Part shown: piece by piece, positions 38,901-50,889 of the stretch
Numbering within the stretch: the stretch's first letter is position 1
Layout: each line of letters starts with the position of its first letter
Assembly (NCBI GenBank): GCA_013239625.1
Contig: MU054187.1
Coordinates: forward strand, 19,460,711-19,524,710
DNA: 64,000 bases
Direction of reading: 5' to 3'
DNA from: Lama guanicoe
Lineage: Eukaryota
The notes under the pieces: model-generated
Seen by the model: only the letters and a program-made list of their open reading frames with translations
The model's database searches: none
Told to the model about the DNA's origin: nothing
Made by a program: the position numbers and the translations under genes

Positions 38901-40411
38901 GTTAATGAAGTAGACTCAGAAGGGAAGAGGAGGCTATGAGCCACAGAATCTCTCTTGTAATGTACTTGGAACATTCCGAAGCACACTTTATTTTGGCAGA
39001 CTGTCTGCAACTTCACTGACGGCGCATTGGTTCAACATCAGGAATGGGATGGGAAGGAGAGCACGATAACAAGACGGTTGGAAAACGGGAAGTTAGTGGT
39101 GGTAAGTGCCTAACCTCTTTCGTCTTGCTGGGCTTCTCCTTTGCCCCTGGGGGTCTTTGTCAAGGGTTTGGGTGGGAGGAGGTCATTAGGATTATTTATT
39201 TACTTATTTAGATATTTAGTTTACTGGTGGTACTGGGGATTGAACCCAGGACCTTGTGCATGCTGAATCGCACACTCTACCACTGAGCTATACCCTCCCC
39301 TGGGCTTCTCGCTTGAAGTTTGTAGTTCACGTAACTGTTCTGTATCACTGATCATGAATAGGAGAACTAGGTTTTATGAAGAAAAGAAATGCAAAATAAC
39401 GAGATAAATACAAGAACACTAATAACTAAGAAAGCCCTTTGTGGTGATAGAGAAGTGAGATGATGCAGCGGAGGATGTAATGGAAGCTGGGCTTAGCCCG
39501 TTCTCTGCCGCTACATGACAGTACAGGCACACCCTAGGGCTGCTGCAGGTTCGATTCCAGACCACGGCAATAAACCAAGTATTGCAACGAAGTGAGTCAT
39601 GTAAATGTTTTTGGTTTCCCAGTGCATATAAAAGTCATGTTTACACTCTCAGTGTAATAGCATTGTGTCTGAAAAAGCAATGTACATACTTTAACTTAAA
39701 AAATACTTTATTGAGTGGAGGGTATAGCTCAGGGTAGAGTGCACATGTAGCATGCATGAGACCCTGGGTTCAATCCCCAGTACCTCCATTAAATAAACAA
39801 ACAAACTCAATTACTTCCCCCCACCAAAAAAAAAAAAGACTTTATTGCTAAAAACTGCCCCCAAATTACAATAGAAGTAGGAACGATCACTAATCACAGA
39901 TCACCATACCAGTATGATAATAATGAAAATGTTGAAGTATTGTGAGAATTATCAAAATGTGACACGGAGACAAGAAGTGAGCAAATGCTGCTGGAAAAAT
40001 GGCACCAATAGATTTACTAAAGGCAGGGTTGCCTCAAACCTTCAGTTTATGAAAAAATAACTATATAATCTTGGGCATACATTTTTCCATTTCTTTAAAA
40101 TGATGACTAGTATCTGCCAAGATTAAACGAATAGTTTAGATACTGCAAATCAATATTTAGTTTCCAGCAAAACATAGGAACGTCCTAAGCAAAAGAGCAG
40201 GTCCTAGCTTTTCAAACCCAGCAATCCTAAAGTGCATTTTCTCTGTCTGTGAAGTAGATGACAAGGTTTTGTAGGGTTCTGATCCTAACGTTTAACTACC
40301 ACCATTGTTCTGTGATGCAAGACTGCCCTGACTCTTTAATATCATTCTTCTTCCCAGGAATGCATCATGAACAATGTCACTTCCACTCGGGTCTATGAAA
40401 AAGTAGAGTAA
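35862..40411 (+). CDS. FABP5: Fatty acid-binding protein 5 (epidermal FABP), spliced CDS join(35862..35940,38465..38637,39000..39101,40358..40411), 135 aa
   Basis: The spliced translation MATIQQLVGRWRLVESKGFDEYMKEVGVGMALRKMGAMAKPDCIITFDGKNLTIKTESTLKTTQFSCSLGEKFEETTADGRKTQTVCNFTDGALVQHQEWDGKESTITRRLENGKLVVECIMNNVTSTRVYEKVE* closely matches mammalian FABP5. Exons of 79+173+102+54 = 408 nt, all introns GT-AG, Kozak context CACCATGG. Confidence 0.98.
38105..38345 (+). mobile_element. MIR SINE in FABP5 intron 1
   Basis: GGATCCCAGCCCC...TTGGGTAAGGTACTTCAGTGCCTCACCTTCTCATCTGTAGAACGGGGA. Confidence 0.78.
38465..38637 (+). CDS. FABP5: FABP5 coding exon 2 (GVGMALRK...ADGRKTQ)
   Basis: Acceptor ...cattctacag|GAGTGG; donor CAG|GTCAGT; 173 nt; frame continues from exon 1. 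Confidence 0.97.
39000..39101 (+). CDS. FABP5: FABP5 coding exon 3 (TVCNFTDG...NGKLVV)
   Basis: Acceptor ttttggcag|ACT; donor GTG|GTAAGT; 102 nt. Missing from the ORF track because it is short. Confidence 0.97.
39139..39300 (-). mobile_element. tRNA-Ala-derived SINE (Vic-1-like) in FABP5 intron 3, antisense
   Basis: SINE body 39180-39300; TSD TGGGCTTCTC at 39129-39138 and 39301-39310. Confidence 0.9.
39524..40057 (-). mobile_element. Internally deleted Tigger1 (TcMar) derivative in FABP5 intron 3
   Basis: Begins TA|CAGGCACACC...GGTTCGATTCCAGACCACGGCAATAAA (Tigger1 terminus). The distal part GGCAGGGTTGCCTCAAACCTTCA matches the other Tigger1 end, and the outer TIR is lost. Confidence 0.8.
39714..39837 (+). 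mobile_element. tRNA-Ala-derived SINE (Vic-1-like) in FABP5 intron 3, sense, nested in a Tigger1 derivative
   Basis: SINE head, tail and poly(A); TSD AAAAAA(T/G)ACTTTATTG at 39698-39713 and 39832-39847. Confidence 0.92.
40358..40411 (+). CDS. FABP5: FABP5 coding exon 4 (ECIMNNVTSTRVYEKVE*)
   Basis: Acceptor ttcttcttcccag|GAA; TAA at 40409-40411; ligand-binding Arg129/Tyr131 present. Confidence 0.97.
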   Translation, partial: ECIMNNVTSTRVYEKVE

Positions 40412-40591
40412 AAATTCCAGCATCATTTTGGACAGGAATTAGCTGCGAGGATGAACACGCTCAGTTCAATGAGCAAATCTCCATACTACTTTTTTTTTTT
40501 CATTACTGTGTTCAATTATCTTTATCACAAACATTTTACTTCCAACTGTTTCAAAGTGTTGAATTAATCAGGATTCTCCCTTTGGTTAGTA

Positions 40592-40597
40592 AATAAA
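40592..40597 (+). terminator. FABP5 polyadenylation signal AATAAA
   Basis: AATAAA 180 nt after the stop codon, followed by a GT/T-rich downstream element (40615-40635). Confidence 0.8.
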
Positions 40598-41621
40598 TCT
40601 GTTTGTGCTATACCAGTGTTGTATGCTTTTTTTTTTAACTTTATAAAAGGAAACTAGTGATGAATTTTTAACGATCTTGAATTGAATAAATTCTGGGGTA
40701 GCCTTGAAGCATCACATTGAGATTATATTTTGTTAATTTATATGTAGAGCTATGTCTGTGGCAAATATACTACCAATCATTTAAGCTTGCCCAGCACTAT
40801 TTGAACTTTGTATCAACTCAAGAATCTTAAATTTCTGGCAGAGACTATTCTCATTAAAAAATAGCTACATAAACTTTATAATTTAAATGTTAGAATAAAA
40901 TTGAAATTACCATCATGGACTAATGATTGTACTTTTAACGTGTGCTTATAACTATTACTCAGGAATTCTGCAGCCAGAAACGCATTTAATAAACTTTCTG
41001 AGGACCTACCGTGTGCCAGGCAGTCTTTCAGAAGTTAAGATATATCTAAAAACAAGGACAAATCATTGCACTTAAACTGTGACGAGAAGCACTCAGCTTT
41101 GAAAGAACACAGTGTGCTCATTAACAAAAGCTGTAAAAGTAATACAGCTCTAAAAAAGACTTGGGTGTATATTTAAAGAATAACTAGAATTTTGGTGACT
41201 CCTGTCCAATTTCCCAAACCCAAATAACAAATATCTACAGTCCACATTTGGAGAAATCCCTGTAGGCACTGGGCTAAAGCTACGTGTATGATCCTCCGAG
41301 CAATATTTAGGGGAGCTACTACCATTATCTCTGTTCTGCAAATAAGAAAACAGGTTTTTGACTGGCTAACTTGTTCAAGGACAGGATGCAGCAGAGCTGG
41401 AGTGGGAACCTCCCCATCTGACTGAGTCCAGTCATGACTGATCAATCATTCTACAACACTGCCTCTTCTCACCTTATATAAAGATCCTGAGTTTAAAGTC
41501 CCTAAATACAATAATCAAGATTTTTCTGAAACCACCCTCCATGCACTGAAATGTTAGCCGGTAAGAATCTTAAAAATTACTGAAAGCTAGTAATCCATGA
41601 AAGGTCAGACTCGCTGATGCT

Positions 41622-41945
41622 CTAGCCCTGTGCATCAATACATAGCAGTGGCTACACGTGGCTGTTGAACACTTGAAATGTGACTAGTCTGAATTGACAT
41701 GTGCTGTAAGTAAAACACATGTCAGATCGAAAGAACTTGCTACCAAAACAAAGGAAAATGCCTTTGATTTTTTTATACTGATTACATGTTGAAATAACAT
41801 TTTTGGATATAGTTGGTTACTTAAATATCATACATTAATAAAAATTTTCCCTGTTTCTTGCCTTTTTAAATGTGGCTAGGAAATATTTAAAAATTACGTG
41901 TGTTGGCATTTTTTGGCCCAGATTTTTTGTTGCACATTGTTGCTC
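41622..41945. mobile_element. MER33-like hAT-Charlie MITE
   Basis: GTGGCTGTTGAACACTTGAAATGTGACTAGTCTGAATTGACATGTGCTGTAAGT; TCTAG target-like flanks. Confidence 0.7.
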
Positions 41946-42311
41946 TAGACTTCCTTTCCTATTTGAATTTCCATCTTGCTTGTTTTAGTCTCCATGCTAG
42001 AGTTCCCCTTTCATCCCCCTTTTCCACTTCTAACAATAGTGTACATTTATATGACTCTCCCTGTGTTTTTAAGAGTTCCATAATTCTCAGAAACACTCTA
42101 GATGATGTGTATGAATATTGTTTTCTGCATTATTTAGATGAGGAAACCGAGTCTTAGGGTCTAGGTTATGGTCTCAAGCCATACATGAAGGTCAGAGGAT
42201 GGACTGGAACACATGTTCATCTGACTGTCCATCAAACTTGTGCCACCAGCACCCTATTCTAGTGCCCGTATTTCTTCAGTTTTGTGGACGTTTGCCAGAG
42301 AAAGTTGACTC

Positions 42312-42513
42312 ATGTTTCTCACATGGGGGATATGTTGACATTTCAGGCGAGAGAACTTTTCATGGCACTAGACTGTGGCATGCATTGTAGGACTCAGTGT
42401 CCTAAGATCATTTCCACAAAACGCCCATAACACCTGCCGGTCTACCCCAAGCACCCTCTGCCTTTCCAGGTGTCCTCTAAAGGTAAGGCACCACACCTAG
42501 TTGAGAACCACTG
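42312..42513. mobile_element. MER20-like hAT MITE
   Basis: Quasi-inverted termini CATGTTTCTCAC...GTTGAGAACCACTG. Confidence 0.6.
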
Positions 42514-42824
42514 GGGAGAACAAATGTACCTTAACTTTATACATTTACTCTTCTTTCTGCTAAACCATCCTTTAGTGTCAATTCTCCCCTTATCAGAAAT
42601 TTAAACTAGTGCCTTCATTGAATATTCATATTTTCTCTTAACTGGGATGGATTCTGTCTAGTTCTGTAAAACACAGGATGTGTCTGGAGTTTCACCTTTC
42701 CTCCAGATCTGTCAGATCTCCTGTGTTCTTCTCAAGGCTTCAACACTTTATTGCCGATAACCTACCAGACACTTCCCCATGGAGGTTATGTTTAATTTCA
42801 AACTAGTTTAATCTTTCTAAGGTT

Positions 42825-43060
42825 TAGTGTGATGATTTCAATATTTGGGCATTGGAAGCAGAAAGTCCTGGAATCCAATTCTGGCTCCCTACCCTTTAAG
42901 AATTGTGTGATTTAGGGCAAGTTACTTAACTTCTCTGATCCTTAGTTATAGCCTTTGTGAAAAGATACCACATTGCCTGACTCAGAGAGTTGTTTTAAGC
43001 GTTAAATGAGTTAATGTACAAAAAGCACTCAGCACAAGGCCCAGCACATAGTTAAGGCTT
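42825..43060 (+). mobile_element. MIR SINE
   Basis: TGTGTGATTTAGGGCAAGTTACTTAACTTCTCTGATCCTTAGTT core. Confidence 0.8.
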
Positions 43061-43070
43061 CGTGTCTCTC

Positions 43071-43291
43071 CCGTACTGCCCAAGAGAACTTTCTGCCGTG
43101 ATGGAAAAGCTCTGTACGATCCACACTGTTTAACATATCAGTACTAGCCATGTGTAGGCGGGTGTTTGAGGTTTTGAAATATGGCAAGTGCAACTGAGGA
43201 ATTGAATTTTAAGTTTTACTTAATTTTTATTAATTAAAATGTACATTTAAATGCCCACATGTGATTAGTGACTGCTGATTTGACAACACAG
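43071..43291. mobile_element. MER3-like hAT MITE
   Basis: AGAACTTTCTGCCGTGATGGAAA...GCAACTGAGGAATTGAATTTTAAGTTTTACTTAATTT. Confidence 0.72.
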
Positions 43292-43299
43292 GACACTCA

Positions 43300-44240
43300 C
43301 CTCCTATTTTCCAAAGTCAAATTTCTTATTTTAATTCCAAACCTACTCCTCTTGTGGTGATCTCTATCTCAATCCATGGGAATGTTATTTTTCCACTTCT
43401 CCAGCTAAACATTTTGGAATAATATTTAATTCCCATCTTTCCCAAGCCATACTAATCCACTAGCAAATTAAGTTAGCTTTACCTTCAGAATGTATCTAGA
43501 ATTCAAGTACTTCTCACCTCTTCCATAGATGCCACCCTGGTTCAGACTCCACCACCATCTCTCCCCTGATCTCCCTGTTTGCATTTTTATGCTTCCAGAG
43601 CTATCATTTTAAAATACATATTAAAATATGTCACTCCTCTTGTGAGAATACTCCACTGGGTTCTCGTTTCATTCAGAGTAGAAGCCAAAGTATTTGCAGA
43701 GGTCTTATGTGATCTTGAGGGTAACTCCCAACTTCCTGACATCTCCTCTCCTCCTGGTTTCTTCTCCTATCCCTCTCCTGTCAAACATTCCTCTCCAGTA
43801 GACCACTGTTGACATACGTGTGCCCCTGCCTCAGGGCCTTTGCACCTACCATTGCTTCTGCGCCTACTGTTGCTTGTGCCTGTAACAATCTACCCTCCGA
43901 AATCTGCAGCCCAGGCTGTCTTAGTATTCTCACTTCCTTTAAGTCTCTTCTCAAATGTCACCCTAGTAGTGAGTCACTCCCAGATCACACTATGTAAAAT
44001 AGCTACCACTCCTCCCCCAGAGTCTCTGTTCCCCTATGAGAGCCTTGTGCTTATCACCAACCCTGATGTTTACTTGGTCTGTGGTTTTTCAAACAAAATT
44101 TTTGGTTATTATCTGTCTCTTTCACTGGAAAGTCAGCTCCATGAGGAAAGGGCTTTGTGTTTACAGTGTTCTCTGTCACTCAGTTGGGAAACAACCTAGC
44201 ACACAGAAAATAAATGTCTGTTAAGTGAATAAATTCATTA
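43300..44240 (+). mobile_element. L2 LINE 3' portion
   Basis: CCTCAGGGCCTTTGCACCT and AGCTCCATGAGGAAAGGG motifs; terminal AAATGTCTGTTAAGTGAATAAAT. Confidence 0.78.
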
Positions 44241-47200
44241 AGAAATTAATGGCTCCCTTGTGGCTACTTAACACATTTTAATATTACTTAAGACCCTTTA
44301 TGATTTTGCTTCAATCTGCTTTCTTTTTTTAAACTATATTTTGTGTGCCTTTGTACAAATCATTCGACTTAATCAGGTCTCTTACTCACCCCAGAAGTAG
44401 TGTGCTTGATGACTGCAGAATATGAATGTTTGAGACAAGACAGTGAGGAATTCAGTCTCATTTCTGAACTGGTCTGCCATGACATCCTGCCCCACCAGGA
44501 ACTGGGCTGCCCGATCAATGTATAAAATTTCCTTTACTACAGCTGAGTATTCTGCCAACAGGCAACGTCTGCCAAACAGAGCTTGACCCGCATTGTTCGT
44601 GGAACATGCTGCAGATTAGACACAATTTACCACAAGTGAAATGGTTTAACAGAAACCAATTTCTCACCAAAGAAAAATGTACAGGCAGGAGATAACTTAA
44701 CTTTTTCAGATTATGTCCTTGAACTCTGAGGGCATCGGCTGCTCTCTTCAAGCAGAATGTGAGTGCCTAAGGATGCCTGATTGTGGTGAATGTCCCCTGT
44801 GAAATCTCTGCGGGCAATATGAGGCTTTGCTATATGCTGGTGTAATTATATTGCATTTATTGCTACCTTAGCAGTATCTTAAGTCTTAATCTCTTCAACT
44901 GTTTTCTTAAAATTCTGATATTTGAAATTGTGCTAGGACCATAAAAAGGTTGGGAACCATATTTTTAGCACCTAGATTTTAGTGTTGCCAGTTCATTTGA
45001 GGTTCTTATTCAATTCTTGCTGCTTATTACTCGATGATTCTTAATATCTATTGTACTTAAAATTCACTTTTAAGTTTACGAAAATAATTATAGCTTTTCC
45101 CTGGGTTTCACGGACTCACTGTTTTTCTTTTTTGTTGTTGCCCTCTTAGAATTCATTGCCGTTAGGTGTGTCATGTGTAATGTGGGTTAGTAGGAAGAAC
45201 TGATGAAGACTGCAGAAGGGTTTAAAAAGCTGGGTGACACATATTTGAAATATTGTGAAAGGTTGGTTGGGTATGACACACCACTGGTCCCACAGCAACT
45301 GGAAAATAACACGAATCATATGACATCTGATCTGTCAGGCTCTGTCACCAGATTTTATGTGAACATTTACTTAGGAACAAGTCCACCTCCACCTCCATTC
45401 TCATCCTCCCACACTGCACGCTTTGAAAATGTCTGAAAAGGAAATAATGTTTTTCAAAGAGTGCCTTTTAAAAGTGTCAGTGACCCATGATACAGGGAGC
45501 AAGACAGAGCAGGGCCTGGGTCCTTTTCCATGGAACTGACATTCTGAATCGTGTATATTTCATGAACTGAAAAGATGAAGCATACATGATTAAAACAAGT
45601 AACACAGAGTGATAAATGCAGCAAGAAGACAAACCAAGTGGCACTATAGGAATGAGTAAAGTTGAAGCTGTTTATATGGGCTGCTCAGGAAGGCCTCTCT
45701 GGGAAGGTATTGTTTGAACTAGACCTGAACAATGAGCGGCGGGTAGGCAAGTGACTTCTGGGGGCGCAGTGTTCCAGACAGGGGCCAGCAACCACAAAAG
45801 CCCCGTGTGAAGACAGAGGGGCAGAGTGACAGAAGCTGATTGACAGAGAAGCGATGCGGGACAAGATGTAGTCTGAGATTTGGGGACCTACTAGCTCTAG
45901 TGAGGGGTCTGGGATTGTCTGAGGGTCAAGGGAGAATGCAGAGGGTCTCAAGTAGGAAATGCCAGATGGCTTAAAAAGAATACCCTAGTTTCACTCAGTA
46001 ATGGGAAACTAGATATTTGGAATAACTTTTCTCACTAAAAACAACTGAAAATACTGGATAAAATATTTTTAAAAAATTTCCCTAAAGTGACAAAGAGCTA
46101 ATAAAATACTGAGAAATTACCTGGCCTAGATCTGGGAAACCAGAGGCACAAGTTCAGCTGAGAGAGCCGAGTTTGCCCTGAAGCATTTACTTGTGGCTCC
46201 AGAAGGAGGGGCCGAGAGGCTGAGCTGTACTTTTGGCAGCAAAGGAAACAATTGGCCCTTGTCTGATGGTAGGTGGGCTGGCTTCATATTCTACTGTCTT
46301 AGAGGAAAGAGTCCCTAATGGCTGAAAATTTAGTTATGAAGGTGTTCGTCAGTATGCTATTTACACTAGCAGAGAATTGGAAAGCACACACCTTTCTACA
46401 AATTGGGGATTGGTCAAATCATGGTACGTCTATTCAATAAAACACTAACAGACATTTAAAAAACTGACAAGACTACTGAGCCCGTGGAAAACGCCTCGTC
46501 ATGCGCTGTAAGGTGAAAAAGTTCCTGACTATAAAATACTATGTACATGTTGTCCCCTTTGTGTAACAATATGTGCACAGATGTAGAAAAATACAGAAAA
46601 ATGCTAACCGTGGTCATCTCTTCATATTGGGGTGATGTTTAATTTCTTATTTACTTGCTTATATATCTGTCATGAGAAAAATGCAAAAACTCGATGCGAC
46701 TAGTGTTCCATTTGTAATGATAAATGAGTAGTATAGTAGAAAATACAACGGAAAAGTACAAAGAAGAAAATAAATAGCCCTGGAAGTCTTACTTCCATAG
46801 AAAATCATTTTTAGTGTTTGGTTATGATGCATTGAAATAAATCTTTATGCATTTATGTGCATATAGACCCAAAACATTTTATACATGGATCATACAACAT
46901 AGTATTCTGTTGGTCTTACTTGTTTTTTTAAACACAAATAAAAATAAATTCATAACTTTTTATCTTCATGGTATTTAACTCTACTTCAACTTGATTATTT
47001 ATTTTATCAATTTCCTATTGATACGTGTTTAAGTTTTTGAAAGTTTCAGCTATTAACAATAGTTCAGTGCACATTCATATACACTGATGTAATAAAATCA
47101 TTAAAAATATTTTTAAAGTATTTGCCCCTTAGAAGGGTCCCAATAACACTTACTGAGTCTTCCTTATAACACAGGCCAAGTATTGCCTGGCCACAGACAA

Positions 47201-49699
47201 AACTGACCTCACAAAGTCGTAGAGTGTAGTAGAATCTGGTTAAGGAAATGTCTACCCTGCAAAATATTTTGCCCTCAACGTGCACATTAACTGTTTTAGC
47301 AAGGAAAACATCTTTTCCATTATACAATGAAAAATCTAGAAGGAGGGAAAGATTGGTTCTAAAGCCAACCCTCACGGACAAGTTAAAGGACCAGTATCTT
47401 ATTTATGATGGACAGTTTTGCTCTTTCTTATTTCCTGGGATTTATATAAGGCGGTGGTGTTGACTTGGGCAGAACTCCAAGGGCCTCCATTCTCATTCTC
47501 CTCAGTGTGGCTGGCCCAGCTAGGTCATGTGGAACCTGTGCAGTCCACCATTGTGGCCCTGTTATTTGGTTTAGTTTGTTTCTTGCTTGGTTAATTTGTT
47601 GGTTTATTGATTCTCCAAGTAGACCATTACTAAAAGAAATATAAGAAAGAAAAATGCCAAGGATATGTTTCAGAGTTTCAGAACAGTAGCAATAAAGATA
47701 GTTCTTACACAGAAGTTTGGAAAAGTTACAAACAAGAGAATAAAGACTTCTTTCATAATTTAGACAAAGTTGATTTGACAAAGGTTTTCAGTAAATCACA
47801 TAACCAAATACAGAAGCTAAGCTTGCTGACTCAGACTATTGCACTAACCACTAAATTCAGCTTCCTCCCTTAGCTATACAGGGCAGAAGTACAGGAAGGG
47901 AAAAAAATGCCACTGTTTCTGGAACAGGCAAACTTGGAAAATGGCCAGTTCTGGAGGTTGACCTGTGTAATGCATCATTTGACAGGATGTGTACCACACC
48001 CAGGAACCTTGGAGAAGTCATCATGACACAGACGAGATAATCTCAATGCGTTGAAATGATTAACAGGCCAGCAGAAGGTTCTAATGAGAACTTAAATTCT
48101 TTACTCTGGAAACAGGCAGTAATTCTAGGATCCCAGAACATTTAAATCAGTGTCAGTTCTCTTTGTTTGGGTAGTTTATGGGGAAACGGTATTGTTTCAA
48201 TTTCACATATCAAGGGCACAGAGACACATAAAAAATAAGATAAAAGGCACCAGATTAGAATGAAGCAAAATGTTAATGAAGGCAATACATCCAAGAGATA
48301 ATTTCATAAAAAATGTCATCAGAGTATTTGTCAAGTAGAGAATCACAACACCTCTAGCCTGTCTCTTATTTCACTATACCTAGATTTGTACACCTGCAGT
48401 CATTCTTTCTGGACCTAAGAGAAATCCTTTCTTTATACCAAGAACAAATTCATATACAAGTCAGTATTAGCTTTGCTTAATTAGTTGATGAGGTCTTTGA
48501 GTCCCATCCCAATGTCAGCACGTCTGAGAAGGACTAGTTGCTTGTTTGGTTGATTCATGCAATTCAGCAAATGTATGTGGAGCCCCTACAATGTGCCAGA
48601 CATCGTGCTAAGGGTTGGGCATACAAAATCAAATAAAGGTGGAGCATCCTTGAATTCATGAGGCTTAGAGTCTAGAGGGAAAGATGGATACTAAACAAAA
48701 GATAATGTAATAATTCTGGATTGACATAATTGCTGGGAAGGACGAAACGTGGTGATTGATGGGGAATAACAGCAGGAACCAGTAATGGGCAGGTTAAGGA
48801 AGTTTTCTCTGGGGAGGAGAAATTTAAGTTGAAATCTGAAGGAATAAAAGGAGTCAGGCAGGAGAGGACTGGGAAGAGTATTTCCAGCAGAATGAATAGC
48901 AAGTGCAAATGGCCTGAGGTAGAGTCATAGTAAAAGATAGATACTCATATCCCAGTTCCTTGGGATAGATATATTTTTTAATTCAGAATTTGTTTTGCAT
49001 CTTAGAAAGTTAATAGAGTGCATATATGATATCCATATATTAACCCATATATTATGTAACCTTCCCAGAGACACTTGGGGGCAGTACCCTGCAACCTTAC
49101 ACATTAATGTATCTGCAGTGGAACATGTAAATATTCACAGAAAATAGAGTAAGAAAAGACTGTATATTTTTTGACATGGCCCTGGGTCAGTCTCCTTCAG
49201 GCTTTGCTGCCAAATGAGTTCATATCCAATAGGTTTTGCCACCAACTAAGTTATGAAAAAAAATTACAGTTATAGATCTGTTATTACTCCCATTTCTCAC
49301 AATTATTATGACTAACATCCAGTAATTCATTTATTCAGCAAATTATGTTTTGAAGGCTTTTCTATGTTCCGGGTAGTGTTCTGAATGTCTAGCAATGTGT
49401 TCAACATGACATATTTTTTCCACAGGAAACCTACTTTAAAAAATATAGCTATGTAAGTTTGAATGTTAATTTTCTACTAATATAGTAAAATTTTGCTAAC
49501 AGCAGCTTAACAACAACAGAAGCAACAACAAATTCCAATAACCCAGCACAGAGCATCTTGGTGTGTAGGCTAACTTAGAAGAATCTAGAACCAAGTTCAT
49601 GGTAAGCAGGCAGTGAGGCCCTAGAATCTATCATTGGTTTCCCTAAAAAATCCTTTCATGTGATGCTGTCTGGATCCCATTCAGAAGTTTCTGATATAC

Positions 49700-50165
49700 T
49701 TTCTTTTTTAAAAATTTTATTTTGTATTGAAGTGTAGTTGATTTACAGTGTTAGTTTCAGATATACAGATATACAATTCAGTTACACATATACATATTTT
49801 TTTCAGATTCTTTTCCATTATATGTTATTACAAGAAATTGAATATAGTTCCCTGTGCTATACAATTTGTTTATCTATTTTATACATGGTAATGTGTATCT
49901 GTTAATCCCAAACTCCTAATTTATCTCTCTCCTGCCCTTTTCCCTTTGGTAACCATAGTTTGTTTTCTATGTCCATGAGTCTATTTTCAGTTTTGAAATA
50001 AGATTTGTATCATTTGTTTTAGAGTCCACATATAAGTGATATCATATGATATTTATCTTTCTCTGTTTGACTTACTTTACTTAGTATGATAATCTCTAGG
50101 TCCATCCATGTTGCTGTAAATGGCATTATTTCATTCTTTTTTATGGCTGAGCAATATTTCATTCA
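49700..50165 (-). mobile_element. 5'-truncated L1 3' end
   Basis: TATTGAAGTGTAGTTGATTTACA...TCCATCCATGTTGCTGTAAATGGCATTATTTCATTCTTTTTATGGCTGAG. Confidence 0.88.
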
Positions 50166-50384
50166 CATTTGCTTTTGAAAATTAAGGGGCCAAGAGTATA
50201 TTTTGAATAATTCTTGCTCCAAATAATGAGTTTCAAGTCTGTTCTTGCATACAGCCAGATACTAAAGCAAGAACTTTGTGTGCATACTTTCATTTAGTCT
50301 TAAAAATGAGGTAGATATAAGTATTATTTCCTTTTTACAAATCAAGAAACAGAGGTTTAAAATCAATTTGAACTGTGCACTGAA

Positions 50385-50740
50385 TCTGCATCTGTGGAAC
50401 CAGGGAGCCTAAGAGTTTAACCTCCACCGGATACCGGTTACTGTCCAGGGTGGTTAACAACCAATGACTGGCAGGTGTGGAGTGAGAAAGCTTAGGTCTC
50501 TGGTATCAGGTTAGGACAACTCTGAGATGTAACTGACACTCCAGAGGTGCTTTGTGGGTCAGGTTGAGCCAGTCTCCTGCAGATCTGCCCAGATCACACT
50601 CTGCCTTGGTTTCCTCTTCTTCCTGCTCCTACTTCCCCTCCTCCCTCGCCTTCCAGGTCTCTCCCAACTTCCTCTAGCAAACTGCATGCCCCAAAAGTCT
50701 TGTCTCAGCATCTGCTTCTGCTTCTGTTTCTGAAGAACTC
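50385..50740 (+). mobile_element. ERVL LTR (LTR16-like)
   Basis: AACCAATGACTG...GGACAACTCTGAG...TCTTGTCTCAGCATCTGCTTCTG. Confidence 0.6.
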
Positions 50741-50889
50741 AGAACAGCCTTGCTGAGCCCTGGGGAATTCCTGATCCATGGAAACCATAAGAGATAATAA
50801 TTGTTAATGATTGTTGTTTGCAACATGATTTGAGATGCTTTGATATGCAGCAGTAGGCAGTCAGAACTGCCTGCAATGCTGCAGTAACT

